From Hypanus sabinus (taxonomy: Eukaryota): a stretch of 64,000 nucleotides of DNA. The translations under genes and the position numbers were made by a program. Below, one piece after another: positions 63,286 to 64,000 of the stretch (within the stretch, counting starts at the first letter, position 1; the number at the start of each line of letters is the position of its first letter). The DNA lies in assembly GCF_030144855.1 (NCBI RefSeq), contig NC_082733.1:32054001-32118000 (forward strand), read 5' to 3'. The notes below the pieces were generated by a model, which saw only the letters and a program-made list of their open reading frames with translations, searched no databases and was not told the DNA's origin.

Positions 63286-64000
63286 TGTCATATCCGGATT
63301 GGGGTCTCTCTCTCTCCCTCTCCCTCTCCCTCTCCCTCTCCCTCTCCCTCTCCCTCTCCCTCTCCCTCTCCCTTAGATTTACCTTGTTTGCATTACGATC
63401 CGAACCGTTGACTCGTTGTTTCCCTTTAATTCCCTGTTTTCCCGTGTCCCTCGGGCTTGTTGATGCAAGGCAATTTCCTCTCGACTGACCGGCAGTGTAT
63501 AAGTCTCCGGCTTCATCCATTCGGTGTGAGAGCGTTAACGAAGTCACCGAAGCTACTGCGAGAGAAAGTTCTCTAGCCGGAGCAAGCCAAGTCTCCTCCC
63601 GAAGCACGTGCTAGCAGAGCGGGTCCGGAAGGGTTAACCCGCCAGAGTGCGTCAAGAGCACACGGCTGCTTGGAGCAAACTGTGTCCAGTTATAGTACTG
63701 TCTGTCGTTGTGTGGTCTCTGTATCCATGTTCAGTGTTTGGCCCCGTACCCTAGAAGGGTCCTGACCCTGTGTCAAGAACAGACCCGACTCCGTCCTGTG
63801 ACTAAGGAGGATTCCCGGCTCAGAGTTTTATGTCCCGTGTCTTAGTCCGTCCCGTGAATAAGAAGAGTCCCGGTTCAGTGTTCTGTGTCCTGTGTTCGAG
63901 TACCAAGTCCAAGCACCGGGGTTCAAGTACCACGTCCTGGCTCTGCTCCCCGAGCTCCGAGTCCTATTCCACACCCCGAATCCAAGCCTAGTCCAGGGCC
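63286..64000. mobile_element. LTR-like element running off the window end
   Basis: Starts with TGTCAT exactly where array similarity stops; CpG-rich; C/T-rich ccaagtcc/cctagtccagg motifs resemble the solo LTR in the units; the other terminus is not visible. Confidence 0.5.
63305..63372 (+). repeat. (CTCTCC)n / (CT)n microsatellite
   Basis: Seen directly in the sequence. Confidence 0.95.

Noticed and set aside
63237-63607. SL- and ER-repeat ORFs
   Set aside because: Translations of the (CTCTCC)n microsatellite.

Overview
Eukaryotic (vertebrate) genomic DNA. The repeat families resemble those of cartilaginous fish, probably a ray; this is recalled, not searched. The window is almost entirely a tandem array of a ~13-13.8 kb unit (equivalent positions 1, 13832, 26706, 40048, 53579). 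Each unit carries a minus-strand UDP-glucuronosyltransferase whose whole ORF lies in one exon (Ugt5-type), plus a predicted CpG-rich TATA promoter and short non-coding first exon ~1.6-1.9 kb upstream. Each unit also carries a fixed cargo of dead mobile elements: a nested Tc1 > 5'-inverted RTE LINE > solo LTR > 37-bp minisatellite stack, a ~4 kb CR1 LINE, a hairpin with a decayed hammerhead-like core, and V-SINE-like fragments. Four UGT copies are intact (533 aa from the ATG) and fall into two N-terminal substrate-domain types. The fifth is a frameshifted pseudogene fused to CR1 by a ~3.6 kb deletion, and it is followed by a different LTR-like element where array similarity stops (~63285). Units 1 and 4 are near-identical (~40 kb higher-order duplication), and the units are patchwork mosaics of each other. 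No prokaryotic-type system (CRISPR, operon) is present.
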